A stretch of DNA of 59,590 nt from a virus (taxonomy: Duplodnaviria > Caudoviricetes): IMG/VR virus record IMGVR_UViG_3300012942_000051, positions 1 through 59,590 of that record, one strand, 5' to 3'. The position numbers and the translations under genes are program-made. Shown piece after piece: positions 28,027 through 37,162 of this stretch. The notes below the pieces were generated by a model. It was not told the DNA's origin. It ran no database searches and worked only from the letters and a program-made list of their open reading frames with translations. Each line of letters begins with the position of its first letter. Within the stretch, counting starts at the first letter, position 1.

Positions 28027-28303
28027 GATTTTCGCCATCGCGGGAGCTCTCGCTCTTGCGGGCTGCGCAACAACTGGCTTGACGGTTGCGCAGCTTAGCG
28101 ACGAGACACGCGCGTCTGCGGACGCTGCATATATCGCCGCCGTCAAAGCCGGTCAGGTCGCTGTTACGCTCGGCAAGCTCACGCCTGCGGCATACAAGGC
28201 TGACGCCGCGAAGGGCTACGCGATCCTGCTTCAGGTTCGCGCTGGAACCGCAACCGTGGACGCGCTGACCAGCGCGCTCGCACCGCTCAACGGAGGCCAG
28301 TAA
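28019..28303 (+). CDS. Lipoprotein, spanin-like
   Basis: Signal peptide with lipobox LAGC; GGAGG RBS; lies in the lysis cassette. Confidence 0.7.
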   Translation: MRKIFAIAGALALAGCATTGLTVAQLSDETRASADAAYIAAVKAGQVAVTLGKLTPAAYKADAAKGYAILLQVRAGTATVDALTSALAPLNGGQ

Positions 28304-28304
28304 T

Positions 28305-28481
28305 ATGCCGACGCTCGCTACCATCCTCGCCGCGATTGCCGCAATCGGGACCGACATCCCCGAGCTGACAGCGCTTTTCAAAGAGCTCGAGCAGGCCGCG
28401 CAGTCGCCGGCAGATGCGAAGGCAATCGCCGACGCGCTCGATACCGCGGCGGACGACGCTTTCAAGCAGTCGCAGTCCTGA
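28305..28481 (+). CDS. Small amphipathic protein (58 aa), possible spanin partner
   Basis: GGAGG RBS; MPTLATILAAIAAIGTDIPELTALFKELEQ...; not in the ORF track. Confidence 0.6.
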   Translation: MPTLATILAAIAAIGTDIPELTALFKELEQAAQSPADAKAIADALDTAADDAFKQSQS

Positions 28482-28558
28482 TCTGTCATCGCGGGGCGTT
28501 GCATATGTGCGGCGCCCCGTGATACGTTCGCACGCTCGCACGATAGGAACTTGCCCAC

Positions 28559-29647
28559 ATGGCGACGCCATCAACCCCCGACTGGAAGTTCGGCTACGTT
28601 CCGTCTGCCGGCGAGTGGGCAAACGCCTTTGCTGGCAAGGCCGATTATCCGGTTCCTGTCGGGCAAGGCGGCACCGGTGCGCAAGCGGCGCCTGACGCAA
28701 ACTACAATCTTCAGCAACGCGCAGAAGTCATAACGGCGACACAGGCGGCGAGCGCGATGACCCTTTACGGGCTGCGAACCGATCTGCTCGCTATTACTGT
28801 CAACTTGCCTCTCCTTGCAACGCTGAAACCAGGCGATTGGATAGAACTCGTTGACACGGGCGCCAACGCTGGCACGAATCCTGTTACGATCGCAGCCGCT
28901 GGTTCCGATCAGATCAATCTTAATGGCGCCGCCACATCATCGATCCAAATAGCGAACAACGGCGGACGTTGTCTGCTAATCGTGACCTCGGCAGGCTGGA
29001 GCGCCAGCATTGTCACGCAGAACACTGGCATCGGACTCAGCGCAGCCGGCATCCGCACGATCACGACTACCGTTACGGTCGACAAAACGTATGTTGGCTA
29101 CGCTTGCAAGGTGGCAGGCGCCGGAATTACGATCACACTGCCAGATACAGGCTTTATCGCCGGCGCGACTATCGCTTTCGACAACGTTGATAGCGTGAAC
29201 TCGTGTGCGCTCGTGACGACCTCTGGCGATGCTCCTGGCGTGTTGCTTCCTGGCGATTGTTGCATCCTCGTTGCAGACGGCGCAGGCGGCTGGTGGAAAA
29301 TTGCTTATCACACGTCTAACACGCTCACGACGCCGGCACCACAGCAGAATGCCAACACTGTTTACACGCTCGCAGCGACCGACGTATCGCAATACCTGCA
29401 GTTTACGTCCGATAGTGCTGTGACGGTGACGGTACCCGCAAGCGCCGACGTGCCCGTGCCGTTCGGCGCTGTGGTTATCATCGAACAATACGGGCAAGGC
29501 CAAGTGACCCTTGTCGGGGCTACCGGCGTGACGCTCAACAGCCGTAATGGGCTCAAGTCCGCTGGACAGTTTGCAGTCGTTCAGCTTAAGAACGGTTCTG
29601 ACGGCTCAGCTGATACGTGGACTGTTCTTGGCGACGTGTCGTCTTAA
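28559..29647 (+). CDS. Tail fibre-related structural protein
   Basis: PVGQGGTGA plus repeated 'T(V/I)TLP/VP' beta modules. Confidence 0.7.
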   Translation: MATPSTPDWKFGYVPSAGEWANAFAGKADYPVPVGQGGTGAQAAPDANYNLQQRAEVITATQAASAMTLYGLRTDLLAITVNLPLLATLKPGDWIELVDTGANAGTNPVTIAAAGSDQINLNGAATSSIQIANNGGRCLLIVTSAGWSASIVTQNTGIGLSAAGIRTITTTVTVDKTYVGYACKVAGAGITITLPDTGFIAGATIAFDNVDSVNSCALVTTSGDAPGVLLPGDCCILVADGAGGWWKIAYHTSNTLTTPAPQQNANTVYTLAATDVSQYLQFTSDSAVTVTVPASADVPVPFGAVVIIEQYGQGQVTLVGATGVTLNSRNGLKSAGQFAVVQLKNGSDGSADTWTVLGDVSS

Positions 29648-29668
29648 TTTGACGAGCAGGAGCTTTTT

Positions 29669-30670
29669 GTGACGAAGCCAATCTTTTGCGGAAATATCAC
29701 CGACGAGTTCAACATGGTCGGCAACGTCACCGATGGCACGCAATCGGATGGCTACGATCCTACTTTCTCGCAATCGGCAATCGGTTTTAACACAACGAGC
29801 ACAACGACCGGCTTTATCGGTCAGAGCGGGCTCGGCGACTTAACTGCTGGCTGGTTTCATTTTGGCATGGGCGGCAGTGCCGGTACGTGGGCGAACAACG
29901 TCCCGTTTGCCATTCTTTACGACAACGCCGGTAATCAACTTATCCGTGTGTTGACGTTAAATGCCTTCTACGTCGTTCAATGGAACAACGCTGGAACTTG
30001 GACAACGATCGGGAACAGCACAGCCGTTGTCGGAAACTCTGGAGTTTTTTATCGTTTCGACGTAAATGTGGTTCTGAACGGCGCCAGCAGCTCTGCACAA
30101 CTATACGTCAATGGCGTTCTGGCAAACGGCGCGGGTACTTTCACGGCACCCGCCGGCTGGGCTGTCGACCGGTTCATTTTGTGGTCGCCGCAGGGCGACA
30201 ACCACGGCGCTTGTAGCGAAGTCATTGTCCATACAAGTCCGACGATCAATCTACGCTACGCAACAACCATGCCGGCGAGCCTCGGAACGCATCAAGACTG
30301 GATTGGCAGCGGCACAATCGGCAATGTTGCCAAAATCGCCGTAAACGATGGCACGTCGATCCAGTCGGGCACAGTAGGCGACGTAACTACTTACGTCGGA
30401 ACAGCGATTGCTGCAGTTGCCGCAGCGCAGACAGTAAGCGGTATAAAGATCATCACGCGCGGTCGTCACGACGGATCCGGTCCACAGGACGTTGACGGCG
30501 TGCTGCGGCTCGGCGGAACGGACTATTTCACCGCCGACACCGCGTTGGATTTCGGCTTTGCAGGTCACGCCTTATGGTTCGAGACTGATCCGTCAACCGG
30601 TGTTGCTTTTACGCCTGCGGTTGCAGGCTCGGCGCTCGAGTTCGGCGTCCGTAGCGCGGTGGCAGCATAA
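29669..30670 (+). CDS. Putative virion receptor-binding / lectin-fold protein
   Basis: Gly/Thr/aromatic-rich beta protein; TDPSTG.AFT motif. Confidence 0.6.
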   Translation: MTKPIFCGNITDEFNMVGNVTDGTQSDGYDPTFSQSAIGFNTTSTTTGFIGQSGLGDLTAGWFHFGMGGSAGTWANNVPFAILYDNAGNQLIRVLTLNAFYVVQWNNAGTWTTIGNSTAVVGNSGVFYRFDVNVVLNGASSSAQLYVNGVLANGAGTFTAPAGWAVDRFILWSPQGDNHGACSEVIVHTSPTINLRYATTMPASLGTHQDWIGSGTIGNVAKIAVNDGTSIQSGTVGDVTTYVGTAIAAVAAAQTVSGIKIITRGRHDGSGPQDVDGVLRLGGTDYFTADTALDFGFAGHALWFETDPSTGVAFTPAVAGSALEFGVRSAVAA

Positions 30671-30672
30671 CC

Positions 30673-32196
30673 ATGACGGCTTTTAGTCCTTCTGACCTTT
30701 TTGCTGAGGGCGAGCAAGGCGGCTGGTACGACTGCACCGACTTGTCGTCCATGTTTCAAGACGTCGCTGGCACCATTCCTGCTGTAGTCGGTTCGTCAGT
30801 AGCGCTAATTAAAGACAAATCTGGACGCGGAAACGATCTAACGCAAAGCGTTTCGTCATCGTGCCCTATCTTGCAACAAGACATTAACGCACAGTATTAT
30901 TTGCAGTTTGACGGCGTTGACGATCGTTTAACCAACGTTTCTACAAATTTCGAGTTTGTAAATTCTTTTGCATCTTGCGGACTATTTAACGTGGTCAGCT
31001 CGGCCAGTTTCTTGGGCTACGCCGGCGTTTATAGCGGAGCGGCCTCCGGGTGGGACAATGGTTTCCAGTCCGGCGTTCCAAGAGATGCGGTTCGAGGCAC
31101 GTCGAGCATTGATTCCGGTTTTTCCGGTTTTTCTTCGGTAGCCGGCACCAACGCAGTTGTCACTGTTGAGAACACGCTCACAAGCGTCACTAGAGGCGTA
31201 AATGGGACGCGGGTCACGACCAGCGGTACGTGGACGCCGGTAACTAGCGCCTCATCGTTCGTCTTTGGCAACAGGCAAGACATAGACTCTGGGAGCTACC
31301 AAGGCGCAATTTATGGGCTAACGGTTCTCGGCCGCGCCCTAACTTCAACCGAACGCGCCGAGCTCGAAGCGTGGTACGAAAGCCGCAACCTAAATCTGCC
31401 AATCCGCGGTAGCTCGATTGCGAGCTTTAATGGATCGAGCGGCGCGCTAAGCTTTCCAGCCGGTTGCATCGTCGGCGATGTTGCAGTGTTGTTCTTTGGC
31501 GGCGGCTACGGCGCCGATACGCCACCGACTGGCTGGGCGCTCGTCACCAACGCTGATGGAAGCAACTGGAATGGCGCGGTCTATATTCGCCAGCTTTCGC
31601 AAGCCGATATCGACGCCGGCACTGTAACCATTACGCCGGCTGGGAGCTACTTTTTTGTCGCTGCCATGGCTGTATTTGAAGGCAGCATTAACTATCCGAT
31701 TGTCTTTACCAGTTTGCGCAACGGCAGCGGCTCCGTATCAGTTGATCTTGAAGCATCGGCAGATACGCTAGCCGGCGATCTTGTGTTACTATTCGGGTCG
31801 GCGCGCGCCACCGCCAACGTCACAGCGAGCAATGGCAGCGTGTTGCAGTCGATCAATAGCAACACCGCGTCGGCGACACTAAATGCTTATACGGTAGAAG
31901 CAGACGGCGCGTTCAACACGACATTCGGCTATTCGACGGCCGGCAGCGGCAATTATCAAGTCGCGATCAACATTCGAGATACGGGTGGCGTTGCGTCTGT
32001 CAGCCGTCTCACCCAAGGTGCAGCCGTCGCATTATCTGAAAGCCGGGCTCAAGCAACTAGGCTCACCCAAGGTGCGGCCGTCGCGTTATCTGAAAGCCGG
32101 GCACAGGCGACACGTTTGACAATTGGTGTCCTCGTAGACGTCACTCAACGCGATTACTCACAAGCCATGCTTGGTTTGGGAGCTTGGGGCTTCTAG
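30673..32196 (+). CDS. Putative tail spike / fibre protein (LamG-like N-terminal domain)
   Basis: F.PSDLF..GEQGGWYD..DLS.MFQD, DKSGRGND and FDGVDD motifs. Confidence 0.7.
   Translation: MTAFSPSDLFAEGEQGGWYDCTDLSSMFQDVAGTIPAVVGSSVALIKDKSGRGNDLTQSVSSSCPILQQDINAQYYLQFDGVDDRLTNVSTNFEFVNSFASCGLFNVVSSASFLGYAGVYSGAASGWDNGFQSGVPRDAVRGTSSIDSGFSGFSSVAGTNAVVTVENTLTSVTRGVNGTRVTTSGTWTPVTSASSFVFGNRQDIDSGSYQGAIYGLTVLGRALTSTERAELEAWYESRNLNLPIRGSSIASFNGSSGALSFPAGCIVGDVAVLFFGGGYGADTPPTGWALVTNADGSNWNGAVYIRQLSQADIDAGTVTITPAGSYFFVAAMAVFEGSINYPIVFTSLRNGSGSVSVDLEASADTLAGDLVLLFGSARATANVTASNGSVLQSINSNTASATLNAYTVEADGAFNTTFGYSTAGSGNYQVAINIRDTGGVASVSRLTQGAAVALSESRAQATRLTQGAAVALSESRAQATRLTIGVLVDVTQRDYSQAMLGLGAWGF
32005..32112 (+). 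repeat. 54-bp in-frame tandem duplication (RLTQGAAVALSESRAQAT x2)
   Basis: Two copies with a 54-nt period, differing only at synonymous positions. Confidence 0.85.
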
Positions 32197-32264
32197 CATA
32201 ATTTCCGGTTGCATTTGTCCAAATTGGCGTAGATAACCTGGTTCATCGATTTTGGAGATGAACC

Positions 32265-33200
32265 ATGTGCGGCAATTGCAATGATCCGTTTCACGGCCTC
32301 GACGATGATCTTAACGATCTGTTCGGCGGCCCTGTCAACGCAGACGATGGCGCAGCGGGCAAGAGCCTCGCGCAAGCGGAAGCCGATCGTATCGCCTCGC
32401 AGTCGTTTTCCGAACCCTGCCGCGCGTGCCGCGGCACTGGCCGTTTCGTCAGCTACTCGGGGCGCACGGTCGGCCCGTGCTACAAATGCAAGGGCACCGG
32501 AAAACTCGTTTTCAAGACGTCGCCCGATGTCCGCGCGAAGGCTGCAGCGAAGCGCGCTGCTGACGCCGACCAAAAACGTATCGATCTGCAGGCCGCTCGT
32601 AAACGTTGGATCGAAGCGAATCCCGCGGACTTCGAGTGGATGCGCACAAAAAGCGAATCCGACCGCCCGTTTGAGTTCGCCGTATCCATAATGGAAGCGT
32701 TCTTCAAATACGGCTCGCTAACCGAGCGTCAGCACGCAGCAGTGACACGACTGCGCCTTGCTGACGAAGAACGCAAAGCAGCCCGCAAGGTCGAAGCCGA
32801 GCGGCGCGCCGCGAACGCCCCTGTGGTTAATCTCGACAAAATCGAGGAGGCTTTCAGCGCAGCGCAGGCGAACGGCATTAAGCGCCCGAAACTGCGGCTC
32901 GACACGTTCAAGTTCTCACTCGCCCCTGCCCACGGCATGAACGCTGGTGCGATCTACGCGGTCGATGCCGACAGCGATCAGTACCTTGGCAAAATCAAGG
33001 ACGGGCGCTTCATGCGCGTTCGTGAGTGCAGCGACGACCAGGAAGCTCGCATCATCGCGGTATGCGCCAATCCGAAAGCCGCAGCGATCGCCTACGGTAA
33101 GCGGACGGGCAAGTGCTGCATCTGTGGCCGCGAGCTCACGAACCACGAGTCAATCGACCTTGGCATCGGTCCGATCTGCGCGGGCCGCATGGGCTGGTAA
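32265..33200 (+). CDS. Zn-finger protein with C-terminal DUF6011-like domain
   Basis: CxxCxGxG twice; C-terminal CCICGRELT..ESI..GIGPIC. Confidence 0.8.
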   Translation: MCGNCNDPFHGLDDDLNDLFGGPVNADDGAAGKSLAQAEADRIASQSFSEPCRACRGTGRFVSYSGRTVGPCYKCKGTGKLVFKTSPDVRAKAAAKRAADADQKRIDLQAARKRWIEANPADFEWMRTKSESDRPFEFAVSIMEAFFKYGSLTERQHAAVTRLRLADEERKAARKVEAERRAANAPVVNLDKIEEAFSAAQANGIKRPKLRLDTFKFSLAPAHGMNAGAIYAVDADSDQYLGKIKDGRFMRVRECSDDQEARIIAVCANPKAAAIAYGKRTGKCCICGRELTNHESIDLGIGPICAGRMGW

Positions 33201-33262
33201 AATAAGAGTTGTCTATGTCCTGCACTTCGTAGATACGGGGTGTAGGACAAGGAGACGTTTCG

Positions 33263-33655
33263 ATGACACGCAAGCCGAACCCGCTCAAGAACTACGACTT
33301 CGTCACGACCGAAGCAACGAGCGACGAAGGTATGGGCGCGCGTTACGCGACCTACTTTCACTGCTTCAACCCGAATGGCGCGTATGCGCAGCTCAAAGCC
33401 GCGCATGAGCGGATCGACGCATGGGTTGACGCGCACCCGGAGCGCCCGAACAACGGCGTTCTCTTTGTTTACGGCTCGCTAAATGATTATCCGCGCAAGC
33501 GGCTTTTCGAGGTGCTCGACCTAATCAAGGCGCGCCGCGCGCACGCCTATCCGTTGACTGCCGCGGTTCGGTTGATCGAACGCGAGATCGAGAAGGCAGA
33601 CAATTTCATCAACGATCCGACCAAGTGGCCGGCACCAAAGCAGGAGGACGAATAA
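33263..33655 (+). CDS. Hypothetical protein
   Basis: AGGAG RBS. Confidence 0.65.
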   Translation: MTRKPNPLKNYDFVTTEATSDEGMGARYATYFHCFNPNGAYAQLKAAHERIDAWVDAHPERPNNGVLFVYGSLNDYPRKRLFEVLDLIKARRAHAYPLTAAVRLIEREIEKADNFINDPTKWPAPKQEDE

Positions 33656-33855
33656 TGGACGTTCTTGAAACCAAATACCGCGGTCATGCTTGCTACGCGC
33701 GTCATACCGAGTGGCGCCGCGACAAAACGATTCCGTGGGATACCGCCTACGTTACTGGCACCATCTATGAAGACATTGGTCCAGGCTTGCTGGCAGGTAC
33801 CGTAATCTACAGCGGGCATATGAGCACTTCAGCATGGGCGCAGCTCGACAAGTAA
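33655..33855 (+). CDS. Hypothetical protein
   Basis: GGAGGA RBS; TAATG coupling. Confidence 0.55.
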   Translation: MDVLETKYRGHACYARHTEWRRDKTIPWDTAYVTGTIYEDIGPGLLAGTVIYSGHMSTSAWAQLDK

Positions 33856-33882
33856 CGCGCTCAGCGGCGCCGTGATGTAGTT

Positions 33883-33917
33883 TGCGAGGGCGTCCCTACC
33901 TGTGGGCGCCCTTTGCA
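33883..33917. terminator. Hairpin between convergent transcription units
   Basis: AGGGCGTCC/GGGCGCCCT stem at the +/- junction. Confidence 0.5.
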
Positions 33918-33984
33918 CGTCAACGCCCTACAATCCTAGCAAGGGCGCCGATACGAGCAGGAACAACGCAGACGCTCGCATCGA

Positions 33985-36024
33985 TCACGCAGCGACCTTG
34001 AAAAACTCGGCGGGATCCATCACGTCGCCCCAGTTTTTGCCGATCTCGAAGTCCGCGCGCACTGGAACGCGAAGTTTGAGGCATGTTTCCATGACGTGCT
34101 GCATCTCGCGGAAAGCTTCGTCGCGGCCGCCTGGATCGATAAAGTCTAGTTCGTCATGCACCGTAAGGCGCGGCAACCCTGTCGCGTCGAAGATACCTGC
34201 CTTGTAGCATTGGTGCATTGCCTTTTTCATCTGATCGGCGGCCGAGCCCTGCAAGCGGCGGTTCAGCGCCTTGTGGGTATAAGCTCGCTTGATCGCGCCA
34301 TATTTGCGCATGGCATTCTCATACGTCATCGGCGGGCCTTTGGTGGTGTAGCTATCAGGCTCCCACAGATCGAAGCGCGACTTGCGCCCAAGGATCGTCG
34401 TTATCGTGCCATAAATCTGAGCTTCGCTAATACACGCTTCCATTGTCGCTTTCGCATAAGGCGCGCCTTTATGGTAAGCTGTAAACATTTCTTTTGCCTT
34501 CGCGCTCGAGACACCGAGCTGACGAGCAAGCTTTGGTTCGCCCATACCGTAAATGAGACCAAAGTTCATGTTCTTAATGTGTGGACGCGCAATCTCTAGC
34601 TGAGCTATCTCGCGAACCATAGCTTGCGTCTGTTTATGGTAGTCAGTGTTCGGGTCGGCCGCGTAAGCGGCGCGCACTCGATCGGCAGACCCGTCGCCCT
34701 TATCGACTGCATAGTGTGCGAGGAACCGGTACTCAATTTGGCTGTAGTCGTATTTACGCCAAGGCAAGTACTTATCGGCGAAGATGCGTCGGATACGTTT
34801 CCCGAGCTCGGTACGAACTGGAATGTTTTGCAAATTGGGATGATCGGACGAGAGGCGTCCTGACCGCGTGCCCGATCCCTCGCCACGTAGCTGGTTAAAC
34901 GTGCCGTGCACTAAACCGTTGACGTGGTTGTCAAGAATATAAGATTTTAGGAACACCGACCGCAGCTTTTCACGTTGCCGAATATCGACAACTAGGCGAC
35001 CAATCGGGTGCTCGACAGATTCAAGAAAGCCTGCCGTAAAGCTAGGCTTGCCATCAGGATTTGTGCTCGAGGGCGCAGTTCTAAAATACGGAATCGAGTG
35101 CGCGTCAAACGCGCGGGCAAGATCGTCCGACGAGTTTACATTGATTCCGAATCCGACGAGATCGCGCAAACGTTTATTGATCTCGACGACCTCTTCGCCG
35201 AGTCCTTCATACATTTGCTCGGCGCGCGGGATATCGACAGGCACGCCGAGCATCCGCATCTCGACCATGAGCGGGATAAGCTCGCATTCCATGTGGAATA
35301 AATCAAGGAGATTTTCCTTTGCGAGCAAAGGCCATTGCTTTTCCATGACCCGCAGCGGCAAGCTCGCATCGGCTTCGCCGTAAGGCCCTGCAAGCGACGG
35401 CGGCGAGCGCCAGATATTCTTTCGCTGCCTGTCATTCGGCGCGCCGCCATAAAAGTCCGCGCACCACTGGTACAGCAGCGATCCCTGCTTGTGCTCGTTC
35501 AAGTACTTGCTGGCGAGGACTTCAAGCCCGACGCGCGCACGTTCGTCAAGCAAGGCTTCTGCAAACTGCACGTCGAAAAGCGGGCCCATGACGCGGATGC
35601 CTTCTTGCAGAAGCCAGCCGTAGTCGTAGGTCAGATTAGCACCTACCTTGGGAACGTCGGGTGTCTCAAGCTGCGCCTTAGCCCACGCTAATGCCTTGTC
35701 AGGATCAAGATTGTCCTCGGGCGTGTCGGCGTGTCGGATTGGAAAATACCACTGTCCGACGTTGCCAGCTGCATCTTTCGCGCCGATCGAAAAGCCACAG
35801 ATGTGGCCCTTACCGCGTCCCCATCCTGGCCCTGATTGCTCAAGCTCCGGATCCCACGTCTCGGTATCGAACGATAAGACACGCGCGGCCGACAGATTCG
35901 GAAACTCTATCGGCGGCCGCCACCCAGTTTCGGGCACAGGCGGGCGAACGCGAATACGCTCGGCAGCGCTGCGCCCCGTGGGCATGTCTTGCCAGAACAT
36001 GCCGATATTATCGAACCGGCTCAC
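33985..36024 (-). CDS. polA: DNA polymerase, family A (3'-5' exonuclease + polymerase)
   Basis: Exo I FDTET; motif A DYSQIEYR; motif B R...KNMNFGLIYG; motif C VHDEL. Confidence 0.96.
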   Translation of the reverse strand: MSRFDNIGMFWQDMPTGRSAAERIRVRPPVPETGWRPPIEFPNLSAARVLSFDTETWDPELEQSGPGWGRGKGHICGFSIGAKDAAGNVGQWYFPIRHADTPEDNLDPDKALAWAKAQLETPDVPKVGANLTYDYGWLLQEGIRVMGPLFDVQFAEALLDERARVGLEVLASKYLNEHKQGSLLYQWCADFYGGAPNDRQRKNIWRSPPSLAGPYGEADASLPLRVMEKQWPLLAKENLLDLFHMECELIPLMVEMRMLGVPVDIPRAEQMYEGLGEEVVEINKRLRDLVGFGINVNSSDDLARAFDAHSIPYFRTAPSSTNPDGKPSFTAGFLESVEHPIGRLVVDIRQREKLRSVFLKSYILDNHVNGLVHGTFNQLRGEGSGTRSGRLSSDHPNLQNIPVRTELGKRIRRIFADKYLPWRKYDYSQIEYRFLAHYAVDKGDGSADRVRAAYAADPNTDYHKQTQAMVREIAQLEIARPHIKNMNFGLIYGMGEPKLARQLGVSSAKAKEMFTAYHKGAPYAKATMEACISEAQIYGTITTILGRKSRFDLWEPDSYTTKGPPMTYENAMRKYGAIKRAYTHKALNRRLQGSAADQMKKAMHQCYKAGIFDATGLPRLTVHDELDFIDPGGRDEAFREMQHVMETCLKLRVPVRADFEIGKNWGDVMDPAEFFKVAA

Positions 36025-37002
36025 TTAGCGCGGTCCTTCTTGCATCCGCATTCCGATTATTGCGCCGCGTAGCATGTCGCCGAAGAACAGTGCAGGGCCG
36101 GGATACAACGAGAAATCGATCTGCAGTGCGACGTCTTCAAGCCGTGCCATTTGCGCGAGATAGTAGCATCCAACGCCGCCGAAGTCTTCGAGATCGACGG
36201 CTGCGCCATCGCCTTCGTGCTCGCTGGTCGCAAGCGTGCCGCCGCGCAAATAGAGACGGTTCGTTTTGTCGGTGAAAGCGTCAAGTCGATGCACAGCGTC
36301 GAAGAAACCGTCTACGAACGGTTTTGGAGAGCACTGGCGATCGAGCACACGCGCAAGGTCAGGCCACTCGCCGATTGCCAGCGCAGTTCTAAGCCATGCG
36401 CCATTTGGATAATGAAACGTGACGGCCTGCGCTTCGAGCTGAATTGCGGCCGGCTCTACGTCAATACGGATCATTTCCTTAACAGCGTCGGACGGCAAGA
36501 TCAATGGCGACGGGAACACGATCGGAAGCCAGTGCTCGACGAGCACGTTATTGTTGGTCGCAAATGCCGATTGCCCGCGCAGCAAGACACCTCTTGCCCA
36601 CGGGCGAGACGCATCGATTCCCATGAACGGCGCGATCTTGCGCAGCACGGGCAAAAGCCCGCCCGGCAACGGAACGAGCTCGCCAGCCGGCTCGACGCCA
36701 GGATATAGCGTTTCATCGTCGAGACATTCGACGTAGGCACGAAAGTTGCCTGCTTTTACCGATAACTTACCAGCGGCTGTCAGATTCAGAACGATATTTG
36801 TGTTTTCAGGAATCTTCTCGACAGCCTTGATAAAAACCGCAGCCTTCGGAATCGCTGTCACAGCAAGGTCAGTCGGCGTCGAGATCGCAAGCGATCCGTT
36901 GAAGCCGTAAATGTGGCCATTTTTAATGCGGAAGAACGTGAGGGCGGGCGCGAAGTCTTTTCGCGCTACGGCTCCCGCAACGAGTTTTAGATCATTTAGC
37001 AC
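36025..37002 (-). CDS. DNA polymerase III beta-clamp-like protein
   Basis: 325 aa; 'RPWARGVLL....AFATNN' beta-clamp-like segment; adjacent to polA. Confidence 0.7.
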   Translation of the reverse strand: MLNDLKLVAGAVARKDFAPALTFFRIKNGHIYGFNGSLAISTPTDLAVTAIPKAAVFIKAVEKIPENTNIVLNLTAAGKLSVKAGNFRAYVECLDDETLYPGVEPAGELVPLPGGLLPVLRKIAPFMGIDASRPWARGVLLRGQSAFATNNNVLVEHWLPIVFPSPLILPSDAVKEMIRIDVEPAAIQLEAQAVTFHYPNGAWLRTALAIGEWPDLARVLDRQCSPKPFVDGFFDAVHRLDAFTDKTNRLYLRGGTLATSEHEGDGAAVDLEDFGGVGCYYLAQMARLEDVALQIDFSLYPGPALFFGDMLRGAIIGMRMQEGPR

Positions 37003-37162
37003 GGGGCAGCGTCACAACTGGGTAACGCCCAGCAACGTGTGCCATCCGCAGGTCGCTGGTACCATACGCATCCAGAAAATTGATTATCTTTGCTTTTGCT
37101 CGCGTCTCGCGTGTTACTTCGCCATACAGACGCAGCGCAGTTTCGGCGTGCATATCCGTCAT
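36992..37162 (-). CDS. 56-aa mini-protein resembling the PolA finger / O-helix (motif B)
   Basis: MTDMHAETALRLYGEVTRETRAKAKIINFLDAYG matches D.H..TA....R..AK..NF...YG; ATGA-coupled to the dpdA stop codon. Confidence 0.65.
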   Translation of the reverse strand: MTDMHAETALRLYGEVTRETRAKAKIINFLDAYGTSDLRMAHVAGRYPVVTLPRAK

